Positions 17,501-26,089 of a stretch of 64,000 nt of DNA are shown piece after piece. Source of the stretch: a virus. The translations under genes and the position numbers were made by a program. Each line of letters starts with the position of its first letter. Within the stretch, counting starts at the first letter, position 1. Below the pieces are notes generated by a model. The model was not told the DNA's origin. It made no database searches and was given only the letters and a program-made list of their open reading frames with translations. The stretch covers positions 1 to 64,000 of IMG/VR virus record IMGVR_UViG_3300043774_000178; one strand, given 5' to 3'.

Positions 17501-20031
17501 GTGCAGTAGTCGAGAAGTATAGAGTAAATAATCTTAAAAGACAAAACTCTGTTATTGTAAGAACTACAAATAATGTTAACCAGAATGATGGACCTCATTT
17601 TATTTTAAATCAAGGTAGTGTAGATAATAGTTTAGTTACTATAGGAACAGCAAGAGGTAACTTAGGTGAAGTTGGATTTTCTCAAAGAGATAAAATAAAA
17701 CCATTTAATGCTACAATTTCAAGTCACTATGCTGGATTAAAACTTAGAATAGTAAATCAGTATGGTCAACTTGATTCAATAAAACAAATACCTGTAACAC
17801 CTTGTGAGCAAAAGTTATCTGTCAGACCTTCTGGAGATAATTACCCTGCACCTAATAACACAGGTATACAGTGTTCATATGAGAATCTTGATGGGTCCTC
17901 AACATCTTATATACTTCAACAAAAGAAAATTGCTAAGACACCTGTATTCTTTGGAGGAGATACTTATATAAGTAGATACACAGAAAAGAATGTAATGCTC
18001 TTTTTCTATGATTGGTTATATGGACAACCAGATGGATTTGAATTTAATTACTTTACTAGACAGTTAATACCTGAACCAAGATTCTGGATTAACTCTGAGA
18101 AATATGATATTGGTAATCTTGCACCTAGCAGTGGTAACTGGTCTTTAAACGCACCAACATTAGGTACAGGACTTTTACCAAGTGCTTACTATAGACTTGA
18201 TAATGATGACTATAATTATTTCATAGATCAAAATGTACCTACAGGTTTACCAGAAGTACGATTCTCAGAAAAGGATGCATACTTCTATTTAGCTACTTGT
18301 GTAGTAAGAGACTTCTTTGTAGAGAGTGATATCATAGTTGATTTTAGAATAGATGGGTTAGAGCCATTCCAAAAGTCTTACAACCCTTATACCTATACTG
18401 ATCTACAAACAATGTTTAATATAAACCCTGATACAATAGAGAGGGGTAACTATTACGCATATGATTACTCACTAGCAATATCAAAACTATTTACTCAGTA
18501 TTTCTCACAGGGTAATTTACAATCTAGATACTATGACCCAGAAGTATCCAAGTTATGTTATACTTATTATCCTGATAGAATAATATACTCTTTACCTCAA
18601 CAAGATGAATCAGCAAAAGACTCTTGGTTTGTATATCTTGTAAATAACTATAAAGAGTTTAAAGATCAGATCTCTGGAGTAAAGAACTTTGCTAAGACTG
18701 GTATCTTTATTACATTCAAGAATTCTAGTCCTCTAGCATTCCAAGGAGTAGATCAGTTACAAACAGACTTTGGTACAAAGATTACTATAGGTGATGGAGG
18801 ATTGTTTGCTCAAACACCACAGAGTGTAGTAATTGCAGATAAACCTTTTGAGTACGGATCTTCTCAAGATTCTAGAAGTGTTATTTCTACTCCTGCAGGA
18901 CTTTACTATGTATCTCAGAACCAGGGTAAGATATTTGCTTATGCACAAGGTTTAACAGAGATATCTCAGTCAGGTATGAAGTGGTGGTTTAATAACTTCT
19001 TACCATTTAAACTACTAGAAGATTTCCCTGAGTATCCTCACATAGATAATCCGGTAGCAGGTATTGGTTGTCAATCAAGTTATGATAATGAAAACTCAGT
19101 ATTGTACTTTACTAAGAAAGACTACAAGCTGAGAGATGATATGAAGGGTACATTGTCTTATGACAGAAGACAAAATAAATTCTTTACTATAAACTCTTTA
19201 GGACAAGTAACAAAGACTTCTGTAGATCTTGGTAACCCATTATACTTTGAAGATGCCTCTTGGACAGTTAGTTATGATCCAAAAACTAAGTTCTGGATTT
19301 CATTCCATGACTGGCATCCAAGTCTTTTTATACCTACTAAGAATACATTCTGTACCACGGTATTTAATCAAGTGTGGAAACACAATGCTAACTGTGATGA
19401 CTTCTGTAACTTCTATGGAGTTAATTACCCATTTGAGATTGAGTTCCCATTCATAACTGGTCAGACTGTTACTACAACAAGATCAATGGAGTATATCTTA
19501 GAGTGCTATAGAAGAGCAAGATATAATTGTGTTGATCAGTTCCATGTATTAGATTATAACTTTGATAAAGCTGTAGTGTTTAATTCTGAACAAGTATCAG
19601 GATACCTTAATCTAAATCTATTCCCTAAAAACAATGTCACACTTAGCCTTGACTATCCACAAGTAAACTTGAACAGTATTGATATACTATTCTCTAAAGA
19701 AGAAAATAAATATAGATTCAATCAGTTTTGGGATATAACAAAAGACAGAGGTGAATTTCCAGTTGGTTCAGACTATCCTCCAACAGGTCCTGTAATTCCA
19801 GGATCAACTATTCTAGATGGTCCATATGAAGAACAGAACATTTGGATAACAGCACCTAATGGGTATAGTAAAATACTAAATCCTAATAATCTTGATTATC
19901 AAAAACCTGAGCTACAAAGAAAAAGATTCAGACACTATCTTAACTTCTTAAACTTAAGTAAGACAGTATCGGGTGAAACAAACATGATTGTTAAGATAAT
20001 GAATGTTAAGAACACATATTCACCAAGGTAA
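14584..20031 (+). CDS. tail muzzle / stabilization protein (P22 gp10-like in crAss-like phages)
   Basis: 1815 aa. Motifs F.KGLNKD, YWSDGLNPDR, SYLRDEVYAFFI, IRHHKFP, FGGDTYISR and WTVSYDP...WISFHDW.P. Confidence 0.8.
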   Translation: MAKQQQDLSQDKSNTFIKGLNKDSDPSFVQEGMWTHARNATNNTFEGDLGTLSNESSNKFCVLTAPTVNGSAYIIGSVHLYSDKWILFTAIHGPDQTLPSINSEIGLFEEGLCRYRPIVLDPCLNFSKWDLITGAAREKEDCTWQVYWSDGLNPDRYLNVGDPQTWPTDNFVWQGDNTYANPAGDVIQWPGVTWQQICTDSSGVSQTSPGVWPTGHPVDDSCITCENTTDLDCDALRLARLMKTPCIHVSPGKAGGTLRNGSYMATLAYSIKGQKVTDWFSLSNVQPIWLLPEPQGALELDIEADNDNFDEFILVIVQNINQGAVAKQMGIYSTSTTKVYIDQIKEDLISVPIGQLPIQTPVFEKSDIMLEVNNYLLRVGPTSRFDFNYQPLANLITTNWVSTEYPANYYTQGGYKPSYLRDEVYAFFIRWIYNTGDKSSVYHIPGRKATDYRIPQTGQFLFENDDLNNFDSIFAPEKVFEVYNTATGSPVPPEVLDDGGVIIGRGPMAYWESSERYPDNKPEVWNASEHCWTGTPLDPNTGLPISDPSYDLCGLPIRHHKFPENIIYSPNGIELSITKHFASSFGVNAQPNKIRLLGIEFNNIIIPKDNQGNDIPGIVGYEILRGSREGNKSIIAKGMVNNLRPYDLKVDQINPQQPLKGLYPNHPFNTIRTLNPDNAINGPLNPNSTTGINDPYIKGTDENDVEINYTIDDMPKNIITFHSPDTNFRTPFLSATELKVYGYLRGNSEQFFIEPNEQPQQKILKNIIVTTMFLGGIVEGLISLLGKRTINSPKGGFQSFFELPTAQGTSVGPPYIGVKIFPRPTQLALANNTLNTYNAALNTYFASGGGSFADAFAQGITLSTGTNTFTNTMLARGGYKEAASVSTEVGPGGILGIAGAVGNFLYYFSEGADLTLRTIYALVPYRQYALQMLGHGFYRRFFAHDLNQRRRFKIEESFYLRDTIQELPPYVNGAVVEKYRVNNLKRQNSVIVRTTNNVNQNDGPHFILNQGSVDNSLVTIGTARGNLGEVGFSQRDKIKPFNATISSHYAGLKLRIVNQYGQLDSIKQIPVTPCEQKLSVRPSGDNYPAPNNTGIQCSYENLDGSSTSYILQQKKIAKTPVFFGGDTYISRYTEKNVMLFFYDWLYGQPDGFEFNYFTRQLIPEPRFWINSEKYDIGNLAPSSGNWSLNAPTLGTGLLPSAYYRLDNDDYNYFIDQNVPTGLPEVRFSEKDAYFYLATCVVRDFFVESDIIVDFRIDGLEPFQKSYNPYTYTDLQTMFNINPDTIERGNYYAYDYSLAISKLFTQYFSQGNLQSRYYDPEVSKLCYTYYPDRIIYSLPQQDESAKDSWFVYLVNNYKEFKDQISGVKNFAKTGIFITFKNSSPLAFQGVDQLQTDFGTKITIGDGGLFAQTPQSVVIADKPFEYGSSQDSRSVISTPAGLYYVSQNQGKIFAYAQGLTEISQSGMKWWFNNFLPFKLLEDFPEYPHIDNPVAGIGCQSSYDNENSVLYFTKKDYKLRDDMKGTLSYDRRQNKFFTINSLGQVTKTSVDLGNPLYFEDASWTVSYDPKTKFWISFHDWHPSLFIPTKNTFCTTVFNQVWKHNANCDDFCNFYGVNYPFEIEFPFITGQTVTTTRSMEYILECYRRARYNCVDQFHVLDYNFDKAVVFNSEQVSGYLNLNLFPKNNVTLSLDYPQVNLNSIDILFSKEENKYRFNQFWDITKDRGEFPVGSDYPPTGPVIPGSTILDGPYEEQNIWITAPNGYSKILNPNNLDYQKPELQRKRFRHYLNFLNLSKTVSGETNMIVKIMNVKNTYSPR

Positions 20032-21005
20032 TGGGATTCAATAAGAAAGAACTTTCTAAAGCTACAGCAAACTTAGATGCAAGAAAAGCTCAAAGTAAAC
20101 CTAGAGATATAATCTATGACCCAGCAGGTCAGTGGAAACATCCTGGACAACCTACTAGAATTCCAGGAGGTAATATTACTATGCAAGGTGTACCTTATCC
20201 AGTGATGGCTTATCCTAATGTAGGACAACCACAGATGATGTACCCAGAGCAAGATTATAACTTTGCAGGAGCAGATTATGTAGATGAGTATCCTCAAATG
20301 AAAAGAGGAGGGTCTAAGAAGTTCTCTAGAGATATAAGAGCAACTAATGTACTCTTTACAAAGAATCCATATCTAAAAAAGAAAAAGTCAAAGAAGAAAA
20401 AAATCTTTGATCCTAATGCTGCATATTATAAAAACGGTGGTGACTTTAGTGATGATATAAATAAACGCAGACAAGTTTTACGTGACTGGACTTATGGTAA
20501 ATCTATAGGTATGTTACAAGAACAAGATGGTGGGGAACTTCCTGCAGACTACCAAGAATTTATAAATTATTCAGAAACAGCTCCAGAGAATAGAAGACCT
20601 GCTCCAAATGCTGTATATGGTGATCCAAATGATTATGATCATTATGGTATGTGGGAAGCATTGGGTAAACCTAAGAACTTTGAAGAAGCTCTTCAAATGA
20701 ATCCTGATTGGACACCAGATGAGTATGATGGTATGTATCACGGATTTAGTGTTAATCCTAACACAGGAGTATTTCTTAAAGCAGGTAAACCAGGGTTTAA
20801 AGAAGGTGATACAACATGGATGGAAGTAGCTGGTCATTATCTTAGTCCAAGAGCACAAGTAGACACACCTGTATTTGACATAGACTTACAAAGATTTAGA
20901 TATATACCAAATGAAAATCAAGAAGAGTATATAGAAACAGAACTTACTCCAGAAGAAATAGAAGTATACAGACAAGGTGGGTATATAGTAGAAGAATTAG
21001 ATTAA
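20031..21005 (+). CDS. modular head-internal (cargo) protein with GG motifs
   Basis: An IPGGNITMQGVPYPV...DEYP module, then MKRGG, YKNGG, EQDGG and YRQGG. Confidence 0.55.
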   Translation: MGFNKKELSKATANLDARKAQSKPRDIIYDPAGQWKHPGQPTRIPGGNITMQGVPYPVMAYPNVGQPQMMYPEQDYNFAGADYVDEYPQMKRGGSKKFSRDIRATNVLFTKNPYLKKKKSKKKKIFDPNAAYYKNGGDFSDDINKRRQVLRDWTYGKSIGMLQEQDGGELPADYQEFINYSETAPENRRPAPNAVYGDPNDYDHYGMWEALGKPKNFEEALQMNPDWTPDEYDGMYHGFSVNPNTGVFLKAGKPGFKEGDTTWMEVAGHYLSPRAQVDTPVFDIDLQRFRYIPNENQEEYIETELTPEEIEVYRQGGYIVEELD

Positions 21006-21064
21006 ACTTAACAGGTTTACTAAAGAAGTTAAAATTTATTATATTTAGTATATAGCGCGCTAAT

Positions 21065-24000
21065 ATGAAAAAAAGAGTTAGACTTTATAAAGCTCAAATG
21101 GGAGGGTATAATGCTGGGCAACAAGTACAACAGCAGCAACAAGCTCCTACAGAACAACAGTTGTATGATTATGTATTAGCTTCTTTGGGAGATGGAAAAG
21201 AGGCTGAACAAATACATGCTGAGTTAGTCCAGTCTGGTATTCCAGAAGAGATGTCTAAAAAGGTTATTGAAGATAGTGTAACTTATCTTGAAGAACAACA
21301 AGCTGATGAAGAAGCTGCTCAAACTCCTAATGATGAAGATAGTCAGAAAAGACTAGAAGCAGAAGAAATGGAGATGAGAAGAAGACAAGAAGATGACGAA
21401 GCAGACAGACAATATAATCAGCAGTTACAAGAAATGTATTCTGATTATAATGAGCATGACTACTCGGATGATGATGCTATAGCTTCTGATATCACAATGA
21501 GATATGGTGGTAAAGTACCTTCTAAAAGAACCTTTGTAAAAAATGTAATGAAGCTTACAAAGAAGCAATTAGGAGGAGAAGAAACTAAAGACAAAAATAC
21601 AGCAGACGGTACTGATACAGGACAGAGACAAAATATCCTAAAGTCATTTATAGGTAATGTACAAGGTACAGCTAATAATGCTTTGATGAAGGAAGATGCT
21701 GAGATGATGTACAATCAGTATTTTCAAAATGGTGGTGATACAGAATCAGGAATAATGGATTTTGATCCTTACCATAATCTAGCTCACTACAGTGATACCT
21801 TTGAGCATGCTATGCCAGTAGATCAAACTAGTATGATGAAAGCTCAAGATGGTGGTCTCACTCCTGGTCAAACTAGAAGAATGGAAAGAAGAACTAATAG
21901 GATGATTAGAAACATTCCTGTTGGTTATGGTGGTTATGGTGCAGGATTATTTCCACAAGGAATTAATATTCTAAACATAGCACAACCTCAAATGATGGCA
22001 GCATCTAATGCTAACCCTTTATCTAACTACATGAGTGGTGTAAAAATGGCCAACATAGATGTTAGAAGAGTAGGTTTATTTGGTAGACCAAAAGAGTACA
22101 CAATAAACTTTGCAAATGATGTAGCTAATAATCCTCAACTCCAAAAAGAATTAATGGAGCAGGAAGCTAGAAATACAAGACAGACTGTTAAAGATATAAC
22201 TGATGCTGGATATACAACAACTGTAACAGACTCAGGCATTAAAGGTAGTTCAAGTTCTGTACCTACAGAAGGTCAAGCTACAGACTTCTTTAAGAAAGAT
22301 GATAATAAAAATAATATTCCTGACTATCTAGAAGTAACAGGAGCATCTAGTACAACACCAGGAGGAGTAGCTTCAAGTACAACACCGGGAGCAGGTGGAA
22401 CTTCTTCAGGTGTAGGAGGTGGTGGTTCGCGTTCAGGTTCAGGATCTGGTTCAGGAAGTAGCAGTCAAGAATCTAACTTAGGTGTAGATGAATCAGGAGA
22501 AGAACTTGTAGTAGATGAAACTACTGGAGTAGTGGTACCAGTATCTATGAGTGCTCAAGCTTTACAATATGCTAATAGAAATATAGGTGAAAACAGTTTT
22601 AAAAATAATTTAATAGAAAAGTACGCTCATGGAATGTTTCCGACAACAGGATTAAGTAAGTTAACTCTTGATGATAAAAAAGGATATTATTATGTTCCTA
22701 ATTCTTATGGTACTATAGAAAAGTATAAAGGTGACCCTAAAGATTATACCCAATTTTCAAAGCCTGTTGAAATTATACAAGATCAAGGTAGAATTAACTA
22801 TATTATAAATAAAGGTACAATATATAAAAAACCTTCTTCTAAGGCTCCAAGTAAACCAAATGCTAATAAAACATTATATGGTGATAAAGCAGTTTCTTCT
22901 AATGCTAGTGTAGCTGCTCTAAATAAAGTTACTGCCCCAACAAAAGCTAGCACCCCTGTAAAAACTTATACAAAGAATGGAGTAAAAGTTCAGGTATATA
23001 ATAAGTATTCTACAGATGCTGAAACAGGAGAAAAGTATCCTATTAAGATTGTTAAAAGATTTGACACTAAAGGTAAACTTCTTCCATCTAGTTATGTAGA
23101 ATTTACTCCTTATGCTGATTATAAACCAGTTCAAGTATCTTACAGTCAGTACTTTAGAAAAAAACAAGAAGGTGGTGTAATATCTAATCCTTTTGAAGAC
23201 CCATATGGTAATCTACAAAAGTTTATCTATGGTGGAGGAGATGATATATCTATTCCACAAGTAGCAGGTAAACTAACTGATGATGCATACTTTGCATATG
23301 GTGGATTAACTAGCTATCAAGATGGAGCAAATGTAACAGCAGGAGCAGAACCTAAAACAGGTCAGACAAAAGCTGAGTGGGAAAAATCTTCTGGTTACGG
23401 TTCTACAGGTGAAGGTAGTGATTTAGTTTGGAATGGAAAGTCTTGGGTAAAAGCAGGTGACTATAAACCTGCAGAAACTAAAAGTAAAGAAAGTACAACA
23501 AGTAATAAAACTACCACAACTACTACAACTTCAAATCCTAGAACTACTAATACACAAGTTATAGGTAACTATGGAGCTCCAATCTATCCACCATTATTTG
23601 GAGGCAGAGGGTTACGTGGTATATTAGGAGCAACAGCTTTATCAGCTAATCCTTTTATTCAGTATGCTGGATCATGGACTCAACAAAGAGGTCAAGCATT
23701 TGATCCTGCAACAGGTAAACCTATTGATATTACAGGAATGGAGAATACTCCACTTTCTAGAATTAAAATAGATAAAGTAGGATTGCTTTCTGGTAGACCA
23801 AAAAAGTATACAATGTATTTTGGTGAACCAGTTGAAGAGGGTACTTCATCAACTGGTGCTGCAGCAGCAACTAGTCAAGAAACAAGAGATGAAAAAGGTA
23901 AAAGAAAAATGGCTCCTGGGTTAGAGAAAGCTCTTTTAAAAATACCTGGTATGTCTAGAGTTCTTTATCCTTATGGTGATGAAGAAGAAGCAGCAGCTGC

Positions 24001-26080
24001 TGTGACTACTCCTGCTACACCAACACCTGTAGATGAGAATGATGAACTTGCAGGGCTATACTGGGGGCATCCTACATTAAATACTTATGCTGCTGATAAA
24101 GCAAAATTAACAAGTAAAGAAGGACCTCTTAGCATGCCTATTAGACCTTCTTCTGGAATGACTATACCTACATCATTAGGAGATCAAGAATTAGCTGGAG
24201 ATTATACTAGTAATGAAATACCAGTATTACCACTAAGACCTCCTGGAGAAGTGATGGGTACAGATAGACAACAGGCTCTTGCTTTACAACAGTATATGCA
24301 AAGTCCTGGAGCAAGAGAATCTCTTATGCAGTTTATTCCTGAAGAGGAACAAATGCAAATGATGGAAGCTAATCCTCAATTAGCATTTGGACAAAATATG
24401 TCTGGACCAATAAATACGGAGATGATGCCAGAGTTATCTTCTGAAGAACAAGATGCAGAATACTTAGCTCAAAGAGATTTAGAGATTGCACAGAATCCTA
24501 TGCTTAATCCAAATGTGAGAGCTATGTATGAGTCTTTAGGACAAGATATTCCACAAGGAATGACTCCACAAGAAGCATTAGGTTATGAGACTGGTGAAAT
24601 ATACCCGGGTATGGAATATAACCCTGATGAGTTTACTAACTATGATATACAAGGTTTACCAGCTCCTTTAATCTCTGAAGCAAATTTAGCTGGACAAGAT
24701 GCAGGTAGAGCTTTAACAAATATTGCTGATGAAGCTGAGAGAAGAAGACTAGAGATACAAAGACAAAAATTAGCAGCATTACAAAGACAAAGAGCTCTTC
24801 AACAACAAAATCAAAAACCTGTTGCAAATTCTTCCTCTAGTAAAGTAAGAAAAGTTAAAGACTTGACTTTCAAACAAGGAACAGATAATGTCAAATTGTA
24901 TGACATGCAGGAAAAGTTATACAATCAGTATGATAAATATGGAGCAACCAATCATGTTCAATTAGTTAAAGATGCTAAATCTAGAATTAATAAACAGTAT
25001 GGTTCTGAGATGTTGAAACATTGGAGTAATATGGATCCGTCTAGAAGACTTAAATGGATTAACTCTCAACCTAAAAATTTTAGAAATGACTTTATATTAC
25101 TGAGTACTCTTAAAGCAGGAGGACAATTACCTAAAGCTCAAATAGGTATGGGTAATGTATACACAACTAATCCTGACATGATAGGATTAAGTGATATAGA
25201 TCTTGTATCTTCACAAACAGCTCCTATAGCTAACATGCCAGGAAGTATGAGTACTTGGTCAGATCAAATGCCAACTAGGTTTAATCAACAGAAAGATCCT
25301 ACTATGCTTTCTCTTGATCCTGGTCAAATGAATAGACAAACTCAGAAGAAGCAGTTTGATTTAAGTTTCCAACCAGGGCAAGGTGTTGACTTTGCAACAG
25401 GTGAGTTTCCTGAGATTAATGAGGGTACTAATGATTTCTCATTCCAACCTGGAGAACCACTTGACTTTAATCAAGTATTAGAAGATGTAGGAGGTCCTAA
25501 TGAACCAGCTGCTGATGCAACAGCAAATAAGAAAAAAGGTTTTGCTGCAAAGTTCAAAGACAAAAACATGTATAACATTGATCCTAGAATGGGATTAAAC
25601 CTCTTTAACAAGTTTGCTAACATGGGTCTTCAAGGTTTGGAAAACAGAGAAGCTAGAAAACAAGAAAAAGAAAACTACAAACAACTCATAGGTGATAACC
25701 TGTATGGTTCTACTAATATTATGAGTAGAGGTACATACAATGTAAACTCAGGTTTACTAGATGAAAGTACTATGGGTTCTGTAGGTGTAGTTAAGTATGG
25801 TGGTAATGTATATCAAGATGGTGGTTATATAATAGATGAGGAATCTGCATATGAAGTAACACCGATGACTAATAACTGGATGGATGGTAGCACACTTCAG
25901 AATACTTATCTAAATCAAAACTCTATGAATGCATCACCAGAGTATCTTAACTCTATGATTTCTCAAGGTGTAGTGGATGAGGAGGAAGATCAAGAATATG
26001 CAGAAGGTGGAGAAACCTGGATGTCTGAAGATCAAATAAATAGATTTTTGGCAGAAGGTGGAGAACTAGAATTTATTTAA
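21065..26080 (+). CDS. large low-complexity cargo protein with about 13 xxxGG motifs
   Basis: 1671 aa, Q/G/S/T/M-rich and largely disordered-looking; located between the muzzle and the ejection-protein genes. Confidence 0.6.
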   Translation: MKKRVRLYKAQMGGYNAGQQVQQQQQAPTEQQLYDYVLASLGDGKEAEQIHAELVQSGIPEEMSKKVIEDSVTYLEEQQADEEAAQTPNDEDSQKRLEAEEMEMRRRQEDDEADRQYNQQLQEMYSDYNEHDYSDDDAIASDITMRYGGKVPSKRTFVKNVMKLTKKQLGGEETKDKNTADGTDTGQRQNILKSFIGNVQGTANNALMKEDAEMMYNQYFQNGGDTESGIMDFDPYHNLAHYSDTFEHAMPVDQTSMMKAQDGGLTPGQTRRMERRTNRMIRNIPVGYGGYGAGLFPQGINILNIAQPQMMAASNANPLSNYMSGVKMANIDVRRVGLFGRPKEYTINFANDVANNPQLQKELMEQEARNTRQTVKDITDAGYTTTVTDSGIKGSSSSVPTEGQATDFFKKDDNKNNIPDYLEVTGASSTTPGGVASSTTPGAGGTSSGVGGGGSRSGSGSGSGSSSQESNLGVDESGEELVVDETTGVVVPVSMSAQALQYANRNIGENSFKNNLIEKYAHGMFPTTGLSKLTLDDKKGYYYVPNSYGTIEKYKGDPKDYTQFSKPVEIIQDQGRINYIINKGTIYKKPSSKAPSKPNANKTLYGDKAVSSNASVAALNKVTAPTKASTPVKTYTKNGVKVQVYNKYSTDAETGEKYPIKIVKRFDTKGKLLPSSYVEFTPYADYKPVQVSYSQYFRKKQEGGVISNPFEDPYGNLQKFIYGGGDDISIPQVAGKLTDDAYFAYGGLTSYQDGANVTAGAEPKTGQTKAEWEKSSGYGSTGEGSDLVWNGKSWVKAGDYKPAETKSKESTTSNKTTTTTTTSNPRTTNTQVIGNYGAPIYPPLFGGRGLRGILGATALSANPFIQYAGSWTQQRGQAFDPATGKPIDITGMENTPLSRIKIDKVGLLSGRPKKYTMYFGEPVEEGTSSTGAAAATSQETRDEKGKRKMAPGLEKALLKIPGMSRVLYPYGDEEEAAAAVTTPATPTPVDENDELAGLYWGHPTLNTYAADKAKLTSKEGPLSMPIRPSSGMTIPTSLGDQELAGDYTSNEIPVLPLRPPGEVMGTDRQQALALQQYMQSPGARESLMQFIPEEEQMQMMEANPQLAFGQNMSGPINTEMMPELSSEEQDAEYLAQRDLEIAQNPMLNPNVRAMYESLGQDIPQGMTPQEALGYETGEIYPGMEYNPDEFTNYDIQGLPAPLISEANLAGQDAGRALTNIADEAERRRLEIQRQKLAALQRQRALQQQNQKPVANSSSSKVRKVKDLTFKQGTDNVKLYDMQEKLYNQYDKYGATNHVQLVKDAKSRINKQYGSEMLKHWSNMDPSRRLKWINSQPKNFRNDFILLSTLKAGGQLPKAQIGMGNVYTTNPDMIGLSDIDLVSSQTAPIANMPGSMSTWSDQMPTRFNQQKDPTMLSLDPGQMNRQTQKKQFDLSFQPGQGVDFATGEFPEINEGTNDFSFQPGEPLDFNQVLEDVGGPNEPAADATANKKKGFAAKFKDKNMYNIDPRMGLNLFNKFANMGLQGLENREARKQEKENYKQLIGDNLYGSTNIMSRGTYNVNSGLLDESTMGSVGVVKYGGNVYQDGGYIIDEESAYEVTPMTNNWMDGSTLQNTYLNQNSMNASPEYLNSMISQGVVDEEEDQEYAEGGETWMSEDQINRFLAEGGELEFI

Positions 26081-26089
26081 CAATACGTT

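Noticed and set aside
22340-22470. Repeat-like DNA (TCAGGT/GGTTCA runs; SSTTPGG x2)
   Set aside because: It encodes a Gly/Ser low-complexity linker. There is no spacer structure, so it is not a CRISPR array or DGR repeat.
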